Positions 7,789 to 16,386 of a stretch of 45,246 nt of DNA are shown here, in pieces (position 1 is the stretch's first letter; every line of letters starts with the position of its first letter). Origin of the DNA: an uncultured Candidatus Saccharibacteria bacterium (lineage in GTDB: Bacteria > Patescibacteriota > Saccharimonadia > Saccharimonadales > CAIOMD01); contig CAZIHK010000010.1 in assembly GCA_964539035.1 (NCBI GenBank), forward strand, positions 1-45,246. The letters run 5' to 3'. The notes below the pieces were generated by a model. The model was not told the origin of the DNA. It saw only the letters and a list, made by a program, of their open reading frames with translations, and ran no database searches. Made by a program: the position numbers and the translations under genes.

Positions 7789-8514
7789 TTATTCAACAAC
7801 CCCTAGGACTTTTTGCAGTGTTGATTGTCTCTTGCATTCTTCTTCGATTTTGGCCTGATCTTCAAGGGCTTTTTGCTGATCAATTGTTGTCCTGCGTAGC
7901 TGCTCTTCTGCATCCTCTTTGGCCAATCTTTTTTTACGTTTCGCTAAACATTCTTCTTCGTACTCCGACAATCCAGAACGGAATGCTTCAGCGTCTTCAA
8001 TACTTAACTCATTAAAGTTGTAGCTATATTCATTTAATTGATATGTGGAATCTTTATCCCCACTCCTTTTATTGCTGATTGATGCTGGATGCACTTTGCC
8101 TTCCCAGCTTAAAGTAATTTCTGGAGTAATTGGTAACTCTATTGAGCAATGAGCTACAGAGTTGTATCCCTCAATGTGATTGAACCCATAGGGTATCCTT
8201 ATTGTATAAAATCGCCCGGATTCTCTTGCTATTAAGGAAATTGTTTGTACTAACCTATCGATGCTCGCATAGCGTTTTTTTTCGTTTTCGATCTCTATCT
8301 CTTCTAATCGGGTTCTTTCGCTGCACAGATAATTGTCTGCAGCTTTTTCTCCTTGCGCAATTTTACGAGCTGAAGCGCCAAGAATGCCAAAAAGGCGAGT
8401 TGACTCACGATATGGTTTTTCAATATAAGCAGCACCGTAAGCAAGTTCTGCATCGTGAACTGGTTGAGCAAACATATTTATCGGCCTTCTTGTTTGTTTA
8501 TTCTTTTTATACAT
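7789..8514 (-). CDS. Hypothetical protein (241 aa) with charged helical C-terminus
   Basis: TAGGAG SD before the ATG. The C-terminal ~70 aa are E/K/R-rich (coiled-coil-like). No family recognised. Confidence 0.6.
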   Translation of the reverse strand: MYKKNKQTRRPINMFAQPVHDAELAYGAAYIEKPYRESTRLFGILGASARKIAQGEKAADNYLCSERTRLEEIEIENEKKRYASIDRLVQTISLIARESGRFYTIRIPYGFNHIEGYNSVAHCSIELPITPEITLSWEGKVHPASISNKRSGDKDSTYQLNEYSYNFNELSIEDAEAFRSGLSEYEEECLAKRKKRLAKEDAEEQLRRTTIDQQKALEDQAKIEEECKRQSTLQKVLGVVE

Positions 8515-8517
8515 AGT

Positions 8518-9057
8518 TTATCTCCTAAATTTACTTAGATGTTGGAACACGACTGCTGTTTGGGCGGAGTCGTATAACGGATTATGAGTACCTCCAGCAT
8601 AATCTTCTGGGCTAACAGTAATCCCGTATTTTTTGGCGTAGCTGTCTACCGAAGTAGGATCTTCGTTTATTTGTAGCAAGCTTGCCGATAAATCAATAAG
8701 AGGATAGGGGCCATCAAAGTCACCGATATAACCTCTGTCATGCATGTCTTTGATAAGCCCAGACTCTACCGGTGTGGCCATGTGTGCGATAACCAATGAT
8801 CCTAAATTCTTGGCCTTTTCGATGTAATAGTCAGAAAAATCTTTCAATAAGGCATCGTAAGTGCCATGTGATATGTCAATCGACTCCATCTGAGGTAATA
8901 CATTTTGTGCAACCCACTCGTTAACTTCTTCTTCAATTGGGCATCGACCAATAAATCTATCGGTCTCGTCGCAGCCTTCGTAATATATTGCGGCAACCGC
9001 AAATGGTTGGCCCCAAAGACCGTTAGTCTCTGCGTCAAAGCTAAATATTTTTGTCAT
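8518..9057 (-). CDS. DEDDh-type (DnaQ/RNase T-like) 3'-5' exonuclease
   Basis: Exo I FSFDAETNGL (DxE), an internal acidic motif, and Exo III GTHNPLYDSAQTA (Hx4D). AAGGA SD. Stand-alone 179-aa domain. Confidence 0.7.
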   Translation of the reverse strand: MTKIFSFDAETNGLWGQPFAVAAIYYEGCDETDRFIGRCPIEEEVNEWVAQNVLPQMESIDISHGTYDALLKDFSDYYIEKAKNLGSLVIAHMATPVESGLIKDMHDRGYIGDFDGPYPLIDLSASLLQINEDPTSVDSYAKKYGITVSPEDYAGGTHNPLYDSAQTAVVFQHLSKFRR

Positions 9058-9080
9058 TGTTTAAATCCTTTTTTAGTTTA

Positions 9081-9148
9081 TTGGGCTTGTTAAAGCTCCA
9101 TAGGATAGGCAAGTATTGCCAAGCCTATGGAACCTTTAAGTGGTTCCG
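9081..9148. repeat. Conserved imperfect-palindrome element, copy b
   Basis: ttgggcttgttaaagctccatagg...cctatggaacctttaagtggttccg; see 7558..7625. It lies 24 nt upstream of the exonuclease start codon (minus strand). Confidence 0.6.
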
Positions 9149-9225
9149 TTATTTATTTGGTCTGCCAACTGCGCTTTTTGTGAGGATCTTTATCTAGTGA
9201 TCATTATTAATTTTGTATATCTAGA

Positions 9226-9259
9226 CGTAGGCTTTTTGCGATTTAAGCCTACGATTTTT
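9226..9259 (+). terminator. Terminator-like hairpin plus T-run on the + strand, inside the operon-1 leader
   Basis: CGTAGGC-N14-GCCTACG followed by ATTTTTG. There is no upstream + strand gene, so its function is unclear. Confidence 0.3.
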
Positions 9260-9322
9260 GTGCGCTGATTAAAGCAGATTTTATTAGGTGTTTGTCTTTG
9301 GCTCTTTAGATGAGCCTCGGTA

Positions 9323-9351
9323 ATTATGATATAAAATTGATAATATGTCAA
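9323..9351 (-). promoter_or_regulatory. Putative sigma70-type promoter for operon 1 (minus strand)
   Basis: Minus-strand TTGACA (rc of 9346..9351), 17-nt spacer, CATAAT (rc of 9323..9328). The -35 lies within the conserved tATGTCAATa heptamer context. Confidence 0.45.
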
Positions 9352-9402
9352 TATACGATAGTAAATAAATATTATATTAGATAAGATTCATTCAAACAAA
9401 AA

Positions 9403-9431
9403 TTGACAAATTACAAAATTACTGAATAATT
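9403..9431 (+). promoter_or_regulatory. Putative promoter of TrmB paralog 1
   Basis: TTGACA 9403..9408, 17-nt spacer, ATAATT 9426..9431. The ATG follows 6 nt later. Confidence 0.45.
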
Positions 9432-9437
9432 AAGGTT

Positions 9438-10169
9438 ATGGAATTAGACATTTGCCTAAAAGCCGGGTTAAACGAATCGCAAGCTGTTACTTATTTGCAC
9501 TTAATTGACAACGGGCCACTTACACCGCCAGAGATTGCCGAAGACATTAGCGAGTCTAGAACCAATGTTTATAACATTTTGAATCAACTGCAAAAATTTG
9601 GATTAGTAGAGACCTCACCTGGTAAAAAATCTTTATTTATGGCCAAGAACCCTAGCGCACTAAAACAGCTGGCTGTTTTTAGAGCCCAACAAGCCCAAAA
9701 AACATTACAAGAAATAAACGCCTTATTACCAAATATAATGTCGAAATTCCGCCTATCTCATGACCAGGCTGGGGTGGTGCATATGGATGGCGTAGATGCT
9801 TACGAAGACATTTTTGATGATATTTTTAGAGAAAAATCAGAAGTAACGATTATTAGAAGCGCCCAAGAAACTAACGATCCAGCAATACTTATCGAAATCG
9901 AAAAGCAAATCAAAAGATTGAATAAAGCTAAAATAAATTGCAAAATTATTGAGCCAAAACTTTTTGAAAAATACAATCATAATCTGGCCAATAATATATT
10001 CGTAAAATACTCGGACGACAAACCCATGCCATCCCAGTTGATACTTTATGGCAATAATTTAGTTTTTAACACTTTTGTCGATGGGGTTTCTTGTACGGTA
10101 ATAACTGACCCTAACATTGCAGAAACCCATAGATTTATATTTGAGTTTATGTGGAATAATCTAAAATAA
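9438..10169 (+). CDS. TrmB-family wHTH transcriptional regulator, paralog 1
   Basis: N-terminus GLNESQAVTYLHLIDNGPLTPPEIAEDISESRTNVYNILNQLQKFGLVE is the TrmB-type winged helix. ~245 aa, like the three other copies. Confidence 0.75.
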   Translation: MELDICLKAGLNESQAVTYLHLIDNGPLTPPEIAEDISESRTNVYNILNQLQKFGLVETSPGKKSLFMAKNPSALKQLAVFRAQQAQKTLQEINALLPNIMSKFRLSHDQAGVVHMDGVDAYEDIFDDIFREKSEVTIIRSAQETNDPAILIEIEKQIKRLNKAKINCKIIEPKLFEKYNHNLANNIFVKYSDDKPMPSQLILYGNNLVFNTFVDGVSCTVITDPNIAETHRFIFEFMWNNLK

Positions 10170-10295
10170 ACTGACCTAAATCTTGTGTTAGTATTGGCTC
10201 TTGAATGAAACTTTAAAGGCAAACGAAGTGCTTACTTATAGCAGGATGAGTTACAATATTCATGATTAACATATTCAAAAAATGGATATATAGAG

Positions 10296-11117
10296 ATGAC
10301 AGATAGTCACATAATAACCACAGAAAAGCTGCTTCAAGACATAAAACCAGTCATTGATTATTACAAAAAACCGGAGGTGGCTGGTATTTTGTTATATGGT
10401 AGCTGGGGTAGGGGTGAGCAATTGCCGCATTCTGATGTAGATATTGCTGTTATTTGTAACAACAAACATGCGGTCGAAGAAATAGAAGACACTAACTGGG
10501 AAATTAACGATTATTTTGTAGAACCAACTAAGTACGATTACGAATATTTATTTACCCAATCTTTGCCAGAAAGGATGTTTCGTGAATTCGGCCATTTTTG
10601 GACAGAAGATACACGCTTTAATTGGCAACAATCCAAAATTCTTTATGACCAAAACGACATAGTTAAACAATTACTGGCTAAAAAAGCCTACCTACCAGCC
10701 AAAGAAGCAGAAGCTAACCTAAATGTAATTATTATTGTCATAGAAAGGTTGTTGAACTACCACTTGCCGAGATATGTAGATGCTGAAAAATACGTTGAAG
10801 CTCAAATACTATTGAATGGGCTGGTAAATCATGTGGTGCACTACATATACAACAAAAACGGGCTATTATTACCGTATTCATCAGCTTTATTTTATTGGTT
10901 TGATAAAAAAGATTTGCTGGGTAAGCAATCAGTATTGAATCTATTTAGTAATACCGGACTCAACAAAGATGAATGCTTACAGAGAATGAAATTATTTTGG
11001 GAAGTTTGCAATAAACTTGGGATTAAACTAAAAATACGAACCCAAAAAGAATATCTACAATACTTTTTTGAGCTCAACGGCACCAAAAAATGGGAAGATT
11101 ATTATGAAAAACAATAA
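10296..11117 (+). CDS. Nucleotidyltransferase-domain protein (Pol-beta superfamily, KNTase/ANT-like)
   Basis: GILLYGSWGRGEQLPHSDVDIAVI matches the GS-x9-12-DxD minimal NTase motif, followed by a helical C-terminal domain. Confidence 0.65.
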   Translation: MTDSHIITTEKLLQDIKPVIDYYKKPEVAGILLYGSWGRGEQLPHSDVDIAVICNNKHAVEEIEDTNWEINDYFVEPTKYDYEYLFTQSLPERMFREFGHFWTEDTRFNWQQSKILYDQNDIVKQLLAKKAYLPAKEAEANLNVIIIVIERLLNYHLPRYVDAEKYVEAQILLNGLVNHVVHYIYNKNGLLLPYSSALFYWFDKKDLLGKQSVLNLFSNTGLNKDECLQRMKLFWEVCNKLGIKLKIRTQKEYLQYFFELNGTKKWEDYYEKQ

Positions 11118-12027
11118 GGTTTTAATACTTACGGGCCCCGGTGGTTCCGGGAAATCTACAATTGCTGAGCTGTTGAATGATAAATACGGATATACTCTGA
11201 TTGATGGTGACCAATTAGATACCGAATTCTTCCCCGATGGTGGACAGTGGTTGCCGGAGAACAAATTGAGATTAGCGAATGCACATGACAAGATACTTAC
11301 CGCCACCAAAAAAGACTACCTCCTAGGTAAGAATATTGTTCTTGATTATATTATTTTTGGAGATTATTTGAATTTTTTTGATAAGTTTAAAAAAGAGTTT
11401 GGTAGTAATCTTGAGGTGAGAGTTTTACTACCCGGCGAAAAAGAAACCATTTTGCGAGATAAAGATAGGCAATGCTGGACAACTGGTGTCAAGCGCATAA
11501 AAACTGTACGAGAAGAGTTTATTAGTTTAAAGAATGGTATTGGAGAAGAGAACTTCATTGACACGTCAGATCAAACACCACAAGAAACGGCAGAGAATAT
11601 ATTTGAGACAACTACTAATTCGGCTAACCAAATTATGAAAAAGGTTGAATCAGCTGGCGGGGTAATAATTAACGAGTTCAGCGAAGTGGTAGTTGTATTT
11701 ACAGACACAAAAAGCTGGCAACTCCCAAAAGGTACGGTAGAAAAGGATGAAAGTTACTTTGATACTGCAACAAGAAAAATCAAAGAAGAAACGGGTTTAA
11801 AAAACCTTAATTATGTAAAAGAACTGCCTGCATATTCGAGGATATCCACACACGAGGATAACACCATTAGATATATTCATTATTTATTGTTCCGTACTAA
11901 AAAGCAAAATCTAACAGCAAGCGCGGAAGTGACAGAATGTAAGTGGGTACCAATTGAGGAGATCGAACACGAATTAACTCACCCAGAAGATAAACAATTT
12001 GTAAAAAATATTGTTAAAGAAATTTAA
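11104..12027 (+). CDS. Fusion protein: P-loop kinase-like domain plus NUDIX hydrolase domain
   Basis: Trimmed to the ATG at 11104 (MKNNKVLILTGPGGSGKSTIAELL, Walker A). The C-terminal NUDIX box is GTVEKDESYFDTATRKIKEETGL. It overlaps the upstream stop by 14 nt. Confidence 0.7.
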   Translation: MKNNKVLILTGPGGSGKSTIAELLNDKYGYTLIDGDQLDTEFFPDGGQWLPENKLRLANAHDKILTATKKDYLLGKNIVLDYIIFGDYLNFFDKFKKEFGSNLEVRVLLPGEKETILRDKDRQCWTTGVKRIKTVREEFISLKNGIGEENFIDTSDQTPQETAENIFETTTNSANQIMKKVESAGGVIINEFSEVVVVFTDTKSWQLPKGTVEKDESYFDTATRKIKEETGLKNLNYVKELPAYSRISTHEDNTIRYIHYLLFRTKKQNLTASAEVTECKWVPIEEIEHELTHPEDKQFVKNIVKEI

Positions 12028-12038
12028 CAAAATAAATC

Positions 12039-12563
12039 TTATTCCAAATAATCTAATACTTCTGCAATCAGTTTTATGGTTTTGGCATTATGGTCATTTT
12101 CGAACCATTTGTAAGAATAATCTCTTTCTATTAATAGGGCATCAACCTCGATATCTTGGGCCGGTTTGTAGTCCCACTTGTACATATCGCCGACCATTAA
12201 GGCATCGCTCTTTTTAAAACCGTGTGATGCAAGCAGCTCAATTATTCTTTCACTCTTGCCTTCGGGGTATTCTGGTGCAAATTGGATTTCATCCAATACG
12301 TCATCTAGGCCCATGCTGAGCACCATTTGCTTGCGGTTTACCAATGCCTCTTTGGGTGGTAATGGGCTGGTAGATAGCAAAACTCTTTTTATACCTAATT
12401 TGCCTATAGCCTCAAGCGTTTCATGCGCTATAGGTACGGCCTGCATCTCTGTAAAAGGGTCAGCTTCTTCGTCGGCATAGATATGCCAAGGCTCGGCGTA
12501 ATTTTTGTGTTTTGGCGGCTCCCAAAGAGTACCATCGCCATCAAAAAATATTATCTTTTTCAT
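12039..12563 (-). CDS. HAD-superfamily phosphatase
   Basis: Motif I IIFFDGDGTLW (DxDxT), motif II LLSTS, motif IV MVGDMYKWD. AAGGA SD. Confidence 0.7.
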   Translation of the reverse strand: MKKIIFFDGDGTLWEPPKHKNYAEPWHIYADEEADPFTEMQAVPIAHETLEAIGKLGIKRVLLSTSPLPPKEALVNRKQMVLSMGLDDVLDEIQFAPEYPEGKSERIIELLASHGFKKSDALMVGDMYKWDYKPAQDIEVDALLIERDYSYKWFENDHNAKTIKLIAEVLDYLE

Positions 12564-12591
12564 GTATTTATCCTTTTATAAGTAGGTTATA

Positions 12592-13695
12592 TTAGTTTTT
12601 TGCAAGTGCAGATTTATGCGCAGTAATGTACAAATCGCGACGGGCAGGGATACCAAGTTTTTTGTCTTCTTGGTCAGAGGCAAAATGTGGATCGTGCATG
12701 GTATCTATCATATTGCTGTTATCGTACTGGTCTTCTGTTATGCCGAGTCTTTGCATACTTAGATTAATACTATCCTCTACTACACCTCTAAAATCGGCCG
12801 TAAAATGATCTGTTGGTTCAAATGAGTCGCCAGGCTTCCAGTATGGATTGTCTAGATTTTCTACATAACCATCTTGGGCCCAACCAGGTAGTACTTGTTG
12901 CATTTTTTCGCTATCTGTAAAGCTGAATAAAAAATCCTGTTTTTCTATAGCGGATCGTAAAGTTAAACTCATAGTACTTATGTCTACATCACCATAATGT
13001 TCAATGGCTTTGCGTAAGGCATATTCTACGTAAGGCAAGCCATCTTGGCTATCTGGGCATGCAGTGGTGCCATATTGATTTGGCCTAGTAAGATGCATAA
13101 AGCCGATTATTGTTCGGCCATCTTGTGTTTTAAATTCGATATTTAAATCCCCGCAGTCAGCTAAACGGCAGGCTAGCACTGGGCAATCTTCTGCGTCAGA
13201 AAAAAAGGCGTTACAGCCATTTACTTGACGCCAACCTTCTGGGTTTGTAGAAGCACTGCCATTAGCTACATACATATCAAATTCGTCAGAAAAACCGACA
13301 TTATTGCCTGTCACGGCAACAATCATGGTTTGTTCTGGCTGAATGCCTAAGCAAGTAAGTGCATCTAAGGTGTTTTTTTCCGGGCAAAGGTTACCTTTTT
13401 CACGGTTTTGGCTAACGGTTAGATCTCTGCTAGCACATTCACCCAAGCAATAAGTGGTTGCCATTTTGACAGCCTCGGTAGGTGTTAAACCTTCGGTAAT
13501 GTATCGCGATTTAATTTCTTCGAAAGATGGGCAAGTTCTTGTCAGCGTACTACCGACAACATCAACCATGCTGATGGCAGATATAGTTTCGTCACCGACG
13601 GGGTATGTTACTAAGCCGGGCACTTCTATTACATCTCTGGGTTGTTCGTTGTTTGTGTTTTTCATTTTGTTATTTTCTTGGTTAAAGTTACGCAT
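12592..13695 (-). CDS. Hypothetical protein with divergent YfiH/LACC1 (DUF152, Cu-oxidase_4)-like core
   Basis: Trimmed to the ATG at 13695 (AAGGAG SD). CRLADCGDLNIEF...IIGFMHLTRPN resembles tADCxPv...aaHAGWRG, and the C-terminal HFASDQ...ARRDLYI resembles fFSyRRd..tGR. The first conserved His is not evident. Confidence 0.4.
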   Translation of the reverse strand: MRNFNQENNKMKNTNNEQPRDVIEVPGLVTYPVGDETISAISMVDVVGSTLTRTCPSFEEIKSRYITEGLTPTEAVKMATTYCLGECASRDLTVSQNREKGNLCPEKNTLDALTCLGIQPEQTMIVAVTGNNVGFSDEFDMYVANGSASTNPEGWRQVNGCNAFFSDAEDCPVLACRLADCGDLNIEFKTQDGRTIIGFMHLTRPNQYGTTACPDSQDGLPYVEYALRKAIEHYGDVDISTMSLTLRSAIEKQDFLFSFTDSEKMQQVLPGWAQDGYVENLDNPYWKPGDSFEPTDHFTADFRGVVEDSINLSMQRLGITEDQYDNSNMIDTMHDPHFASDQEDKKLGIPARRDLYITAHKSALAKN

Positions 13696-13733
13696 ATAAT
13701 AACTCCTTATGGTAAAAATGTCAATGTTGTTAC

Positions 13734-14465
13734 CTAAATTGATCTTATATAGTTTACGCAATCTGGGCAAAATCCAGCATCCATTTTGCGATGGTGTCGT
13801 AATTCGCTTGAAAGGCCAACAGCTTCTTCTGTGCTAATGGATTGGTGCATAGTACAAAAATTTGCACAGTGTCCTGCATAAATAGGCAAAAATTCACCTC
13901 GTGGGTCAGGGTTGGCTATTGTAGCTTGGTCCAAACCAACCATATGCCCGTACTCGTGTCTCGCGATATGTCTGGTTACATCACATTTTTGCTGTTCTGT
14001 AAGATTGTCTGACATGATGTATTCGTACAGAGACTGTACAGTTGTATTATCTAAATTTGCGCCCAACACGAAGTTATTTAAACCACCTTCGCCATCTGAT
14101 ATGGTCATACCTCTGGCTGTTAAAATAAAGTTATGGAAGTAGCCTTGTGGACCAGTTGAGGTCTGTATTAAGTGATACAAATTATCGAACAAAAGCTGAC
14201 CCTCTTGGACATTTGGGTTAGGATTGTAGATTGTAGAATCATCTAGCAGTTGTTCTAGTGTTGCATCGGTACCAACTATTTGGTCGTAATCGACATTAAC
14301 TTTTGGCATACGGCTCATCATTTGGACTACGTCATCTATGCCAAACATAGCTGCTTGGTATAGGTGAGGGTAGTAAAGTTCTAATTGACTATCAATAATC
14401 AATCTCATTTCTGGCACTTGTGGCTCTTGCTCGTAGTTTTGTGGGTATTTTGGCTCTTTATACAT
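13734..14465 (-). CDS. Zinc metallopeptidase, archaemetzincin (M54)-like
   Basis: ARHEYGHMVGL (HExxHxxG), then GHCANFCTM and CPDC, reminiscent of the archaemetzincin HExxHxxGx3Cx4CxM...CxxC signature with altered spacing. Confidence 0.55.
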   Translation of the reverse strand: MYKEPKYPQNYEQEPQVPEMRLIIDSQLELYYPHLYQAAMFGIDDVVQMMSRMPKVNVDYDQIVGTDATLEQLLDDSTIYNPNPNVQEGQLLFDNLYHLIQTSTGPQGYFHNFILTARGMTISDGEGGLNNFVLGANLDNTTVQSLYEYIMSDNLTEQQKCDVTRHIARHEYGHMVGLDQATIANPDPRGEFLPIYAGHCANFCTMHQSISTEEAVGLSSELRHHRKMDAGFCPDCVNYIRSI

Positions 14466-14467
14466 GC

Positions 14468-14950
14468 TTAATCAGCAATTCTTGATTTTAGATATTCTCT
14501 AATCTGTTCTGTGGTAAGATTTATTGCGCCATCTAATCTTGCCAGACCATTAATTTGATGGCTTACACCAATACCGGTGTCTAGATTGAAAGTCGCCACG
14601 CTTTCAAGCTCACCTTCTGGGGTATCTTTGATCTCCAAGTTAGCTACCTGTTCATTGCTTTCCGTATCTTCATATATAGACAGACACCCTACTGAAGTTT
14701 CACCTCGAAAAAAGGCATGGACTATAGGGCGGTCAAAATCATGCCAACTATGTGGTGTTATGTATAACTCTTCGCTCGTAGTTTTATCCTCTAGTTCAAT
14801 CGAAAAAGATTGAGAACTGTCCACTGAATTTATTAATTTCTCACTTTTTGACTTAATCAATGACAGCAATGTTTGGTAGCTATTATTGATTTTTTCTTCA
14901 TTCGAGACAGTCTTTTTTTCTGCTTTAAATGTATTTCCTAAATTTTCCAT
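14468..14950 (-). CDS. Hypothetical protein (160 aa)
   Basis: ORF tightly packed in operon 2 (2-nt gap to the next gene). No family recognised. Confidence 0.6.
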   Translation of the reverse strand: MENLGNTFKAEKKTVSNEEKINNSYQTLLSLIKSKSEKLINSVDSSQSFSIELEDKTTSEELYITPHSWHDFDRPIVHAFFRGETSVGCLSIYEDTESNEQVANLEIKDTPEGELESVATFNLDTGIGVSHQINGLARLDGAINLTTEQIREYLKSRIAD

Positions 14951-14969
14951 ATTGTTCTCCTTTATATAA

Positions 14970-15455
14970 TTAATTTCTTTTAGCTTGCAGTGAGCTACTT
15001 GCGTAAACTCCGTGAGTTTCTTCGTATTCTCTGGTGAGTATTACATCACCTAATAGTTCAATTTCTTCTATTCTGATAACAGGGAAGTCAACTTCCTCGT
15101 AGCTTGGCTCTCGGACGATTTTTGATGAGCGGCCAACTAAGTCTTCTAGAGCTTGCATTTCGTGGTCAGCAAGAATTGATTCTTGTGGCAGATATACCTG
15201 AGCTGTTTCTGGTATGTGGTCTATTAATCGTTCGGGTAAATCATTTGGAATGGCTATTTGTTCTTGAAGTTTTTGAGCTTGTGCAAAGATGTAGGCTATT
15301 TTAGTACAAAATATTTCGTACATATTGCGGCTAGCAAAGTTTCTCGCATAAAATGTAGACTCAATGCCATTGTCTAATGACTTAAGTTCGTTTTCTAATA
15401 GGGCAAGAATATGCATATCACCATGTTCTGTGCCTTCCTCGTAAGTCGTTTTCAC
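14970..15455 (-). CDS. Hypothetical protein (161 aa), first gene of operon 2
   Basis: GTG start at 15455 with ACGGAG SD. No family recognised. Confidence 0.6.
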   Translation of the reverse strand: MKTTYEEGTEHGDMHILALLENELKSLDNGIESTFYARNFASRNMYEIFCTKIAYIFAQAQKLQEQIAIPNDLPERLIDHIPETAQVYLPQESILADHEMQALEDLVGRSSKIVREPSYEEVDFPVIRIEEIELLGDVILTREYEETHGVYASSSLQAKRN

Positions 15456-15481
15456 TATGTAACTCCGTTTATTACAAAACT

Positions 15482-15510
15482 AATATAGCATATTGTCAAT
15501 TATATGTCAA
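15482..15510 (-). promoter_or_regulatory. Putative promoter for operon 2 (minus strand)
   Basis: Minus-strand TTGACA (rc 15505..15510), 17 nt, TATATT (rc 15482..15487). A second TGTCAAT heptamer lies at 15494..15500. Confidence 0.45.
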
Positions 15511-15563
15511 TACATAATTAACAATAATATTAAACAGTTATAATAATAATTGTAAAAGTAAGA

Positions 15564-15592
15564 TTAACAAATACGATTATATCTGTTAATAT
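15564..15592 (+). promoter_or_regulatory. Putative promoter of TrmB paralog 2
   Basis: TTAACA 15564..15569, 17 nt, TAATAT 15587..15592. The ATG follows 6 nt later. Confidence 0.4.
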
Positions 15593-15598
15593 GCTCAT

Positions 15599-16378
15599 AT
15601 GACTACAGACCAGCTAGTAGAAGTCGGCCTAACTCTGTCGCAGGCAAAAGCTTACCTTGCACTTTTAAAACATGGTGCTATGACCCCCACGGTATTAGCA
15701 GGTTTAATCGACGAAAGTAGAACAAATACCTATGCAGTGCTGGACAGATTGGTGGGTCTTAAGCTAGCAGAGCAAGTAAAAGGAACCAAAAAAGTTTATA
15801 AAGCCGCTAATCCAACGCATCTAGAAGAATATGTTAGACATCAAAAAGAAGTAGCCGAAGAAAAACAAGAAAAAGCTCGCCGACTAATGCCGGGTTTAAT
15901 GGATATGTATTTTAAAACGGATGCAGAGCCAGGAATTAGGTTTTTTAGGGGTAGGGAAGAATTGAAAAAGATTTTTATGGAGCAGTTAGAAACGCGGCAG
16001 ACGATTTACTTAATAAGATCTTCGGCCGACATCAAATACTACGATTTTGATTTTGTTAGCAATATAAGGTTGGCGGCTGCAAAATATGGCATCCAGCGCT
16101 ATGGGATATGCCCAGACATTAAAGAGACAAATCCAACAAGGCAAGACGACAAAAGAAGCAATTTAGATAGAACCTGGGTAGATAAAGACGATTATAATGC
16201 CGAGGTAGAGTGGACTATATTTGGCGATAAAGTATCGGCAATATCGTTTGGCAAAGAAGGGGTGGGGATGATTATTGAGAGCCCACAAATTGCCGAAAGC
16301 ATGCGCCAACTTTTTAATTTAGCCAAGGCCGGGGCAAAGGCTCGTTACCCTAAACCAAAATGGGGATATAAAAGCTAG
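15599..16378 (+). CDS. TrmB-family wHTH transcriptional regulator, paralog 2
   Basis: GLTLSQAKAYLALLKHGAMTPTVLAGLIDESRTNTYAVLDRLVGLKLAE. Confidence 0.75.
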   Translation: MTTDQLVEVGLTLSQAKAYLALLKHGAMTPTVLAGLIDESRTNTYAVLDRLVGLKLAEQVKGTKKVYKAANPTHLEEYVRHQKEVAEEKQEKARRLMPGLMDMYFKTDAEPGIRFFRGREELKKIFMEQLETRQTIYLIRSSADIKYYDFDFVSNIRLAAAKYGIQRYGICPDIKETNPTRQDDKRSNLDRTWVDKDDYNAEVEWTIFGDKVSAISFGKEGVGMIIESPQIAESMRQLFNLAKAGAKARYPKPKWGYKS

Positions 16379-16386
16379 AACTATAG

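Noticed and set aside
7558-9148. Integron attC sites / gene cassettes
   Set aside because: The hairpin elements are imperfect palindromes at gene boundaries. However, there is no intI integrase or attI. The core sites do not match GTTRRRY/RYYYAAC, and the elements precede rather than follow the ORFs. I keep this only as a remote analogy in the finding.
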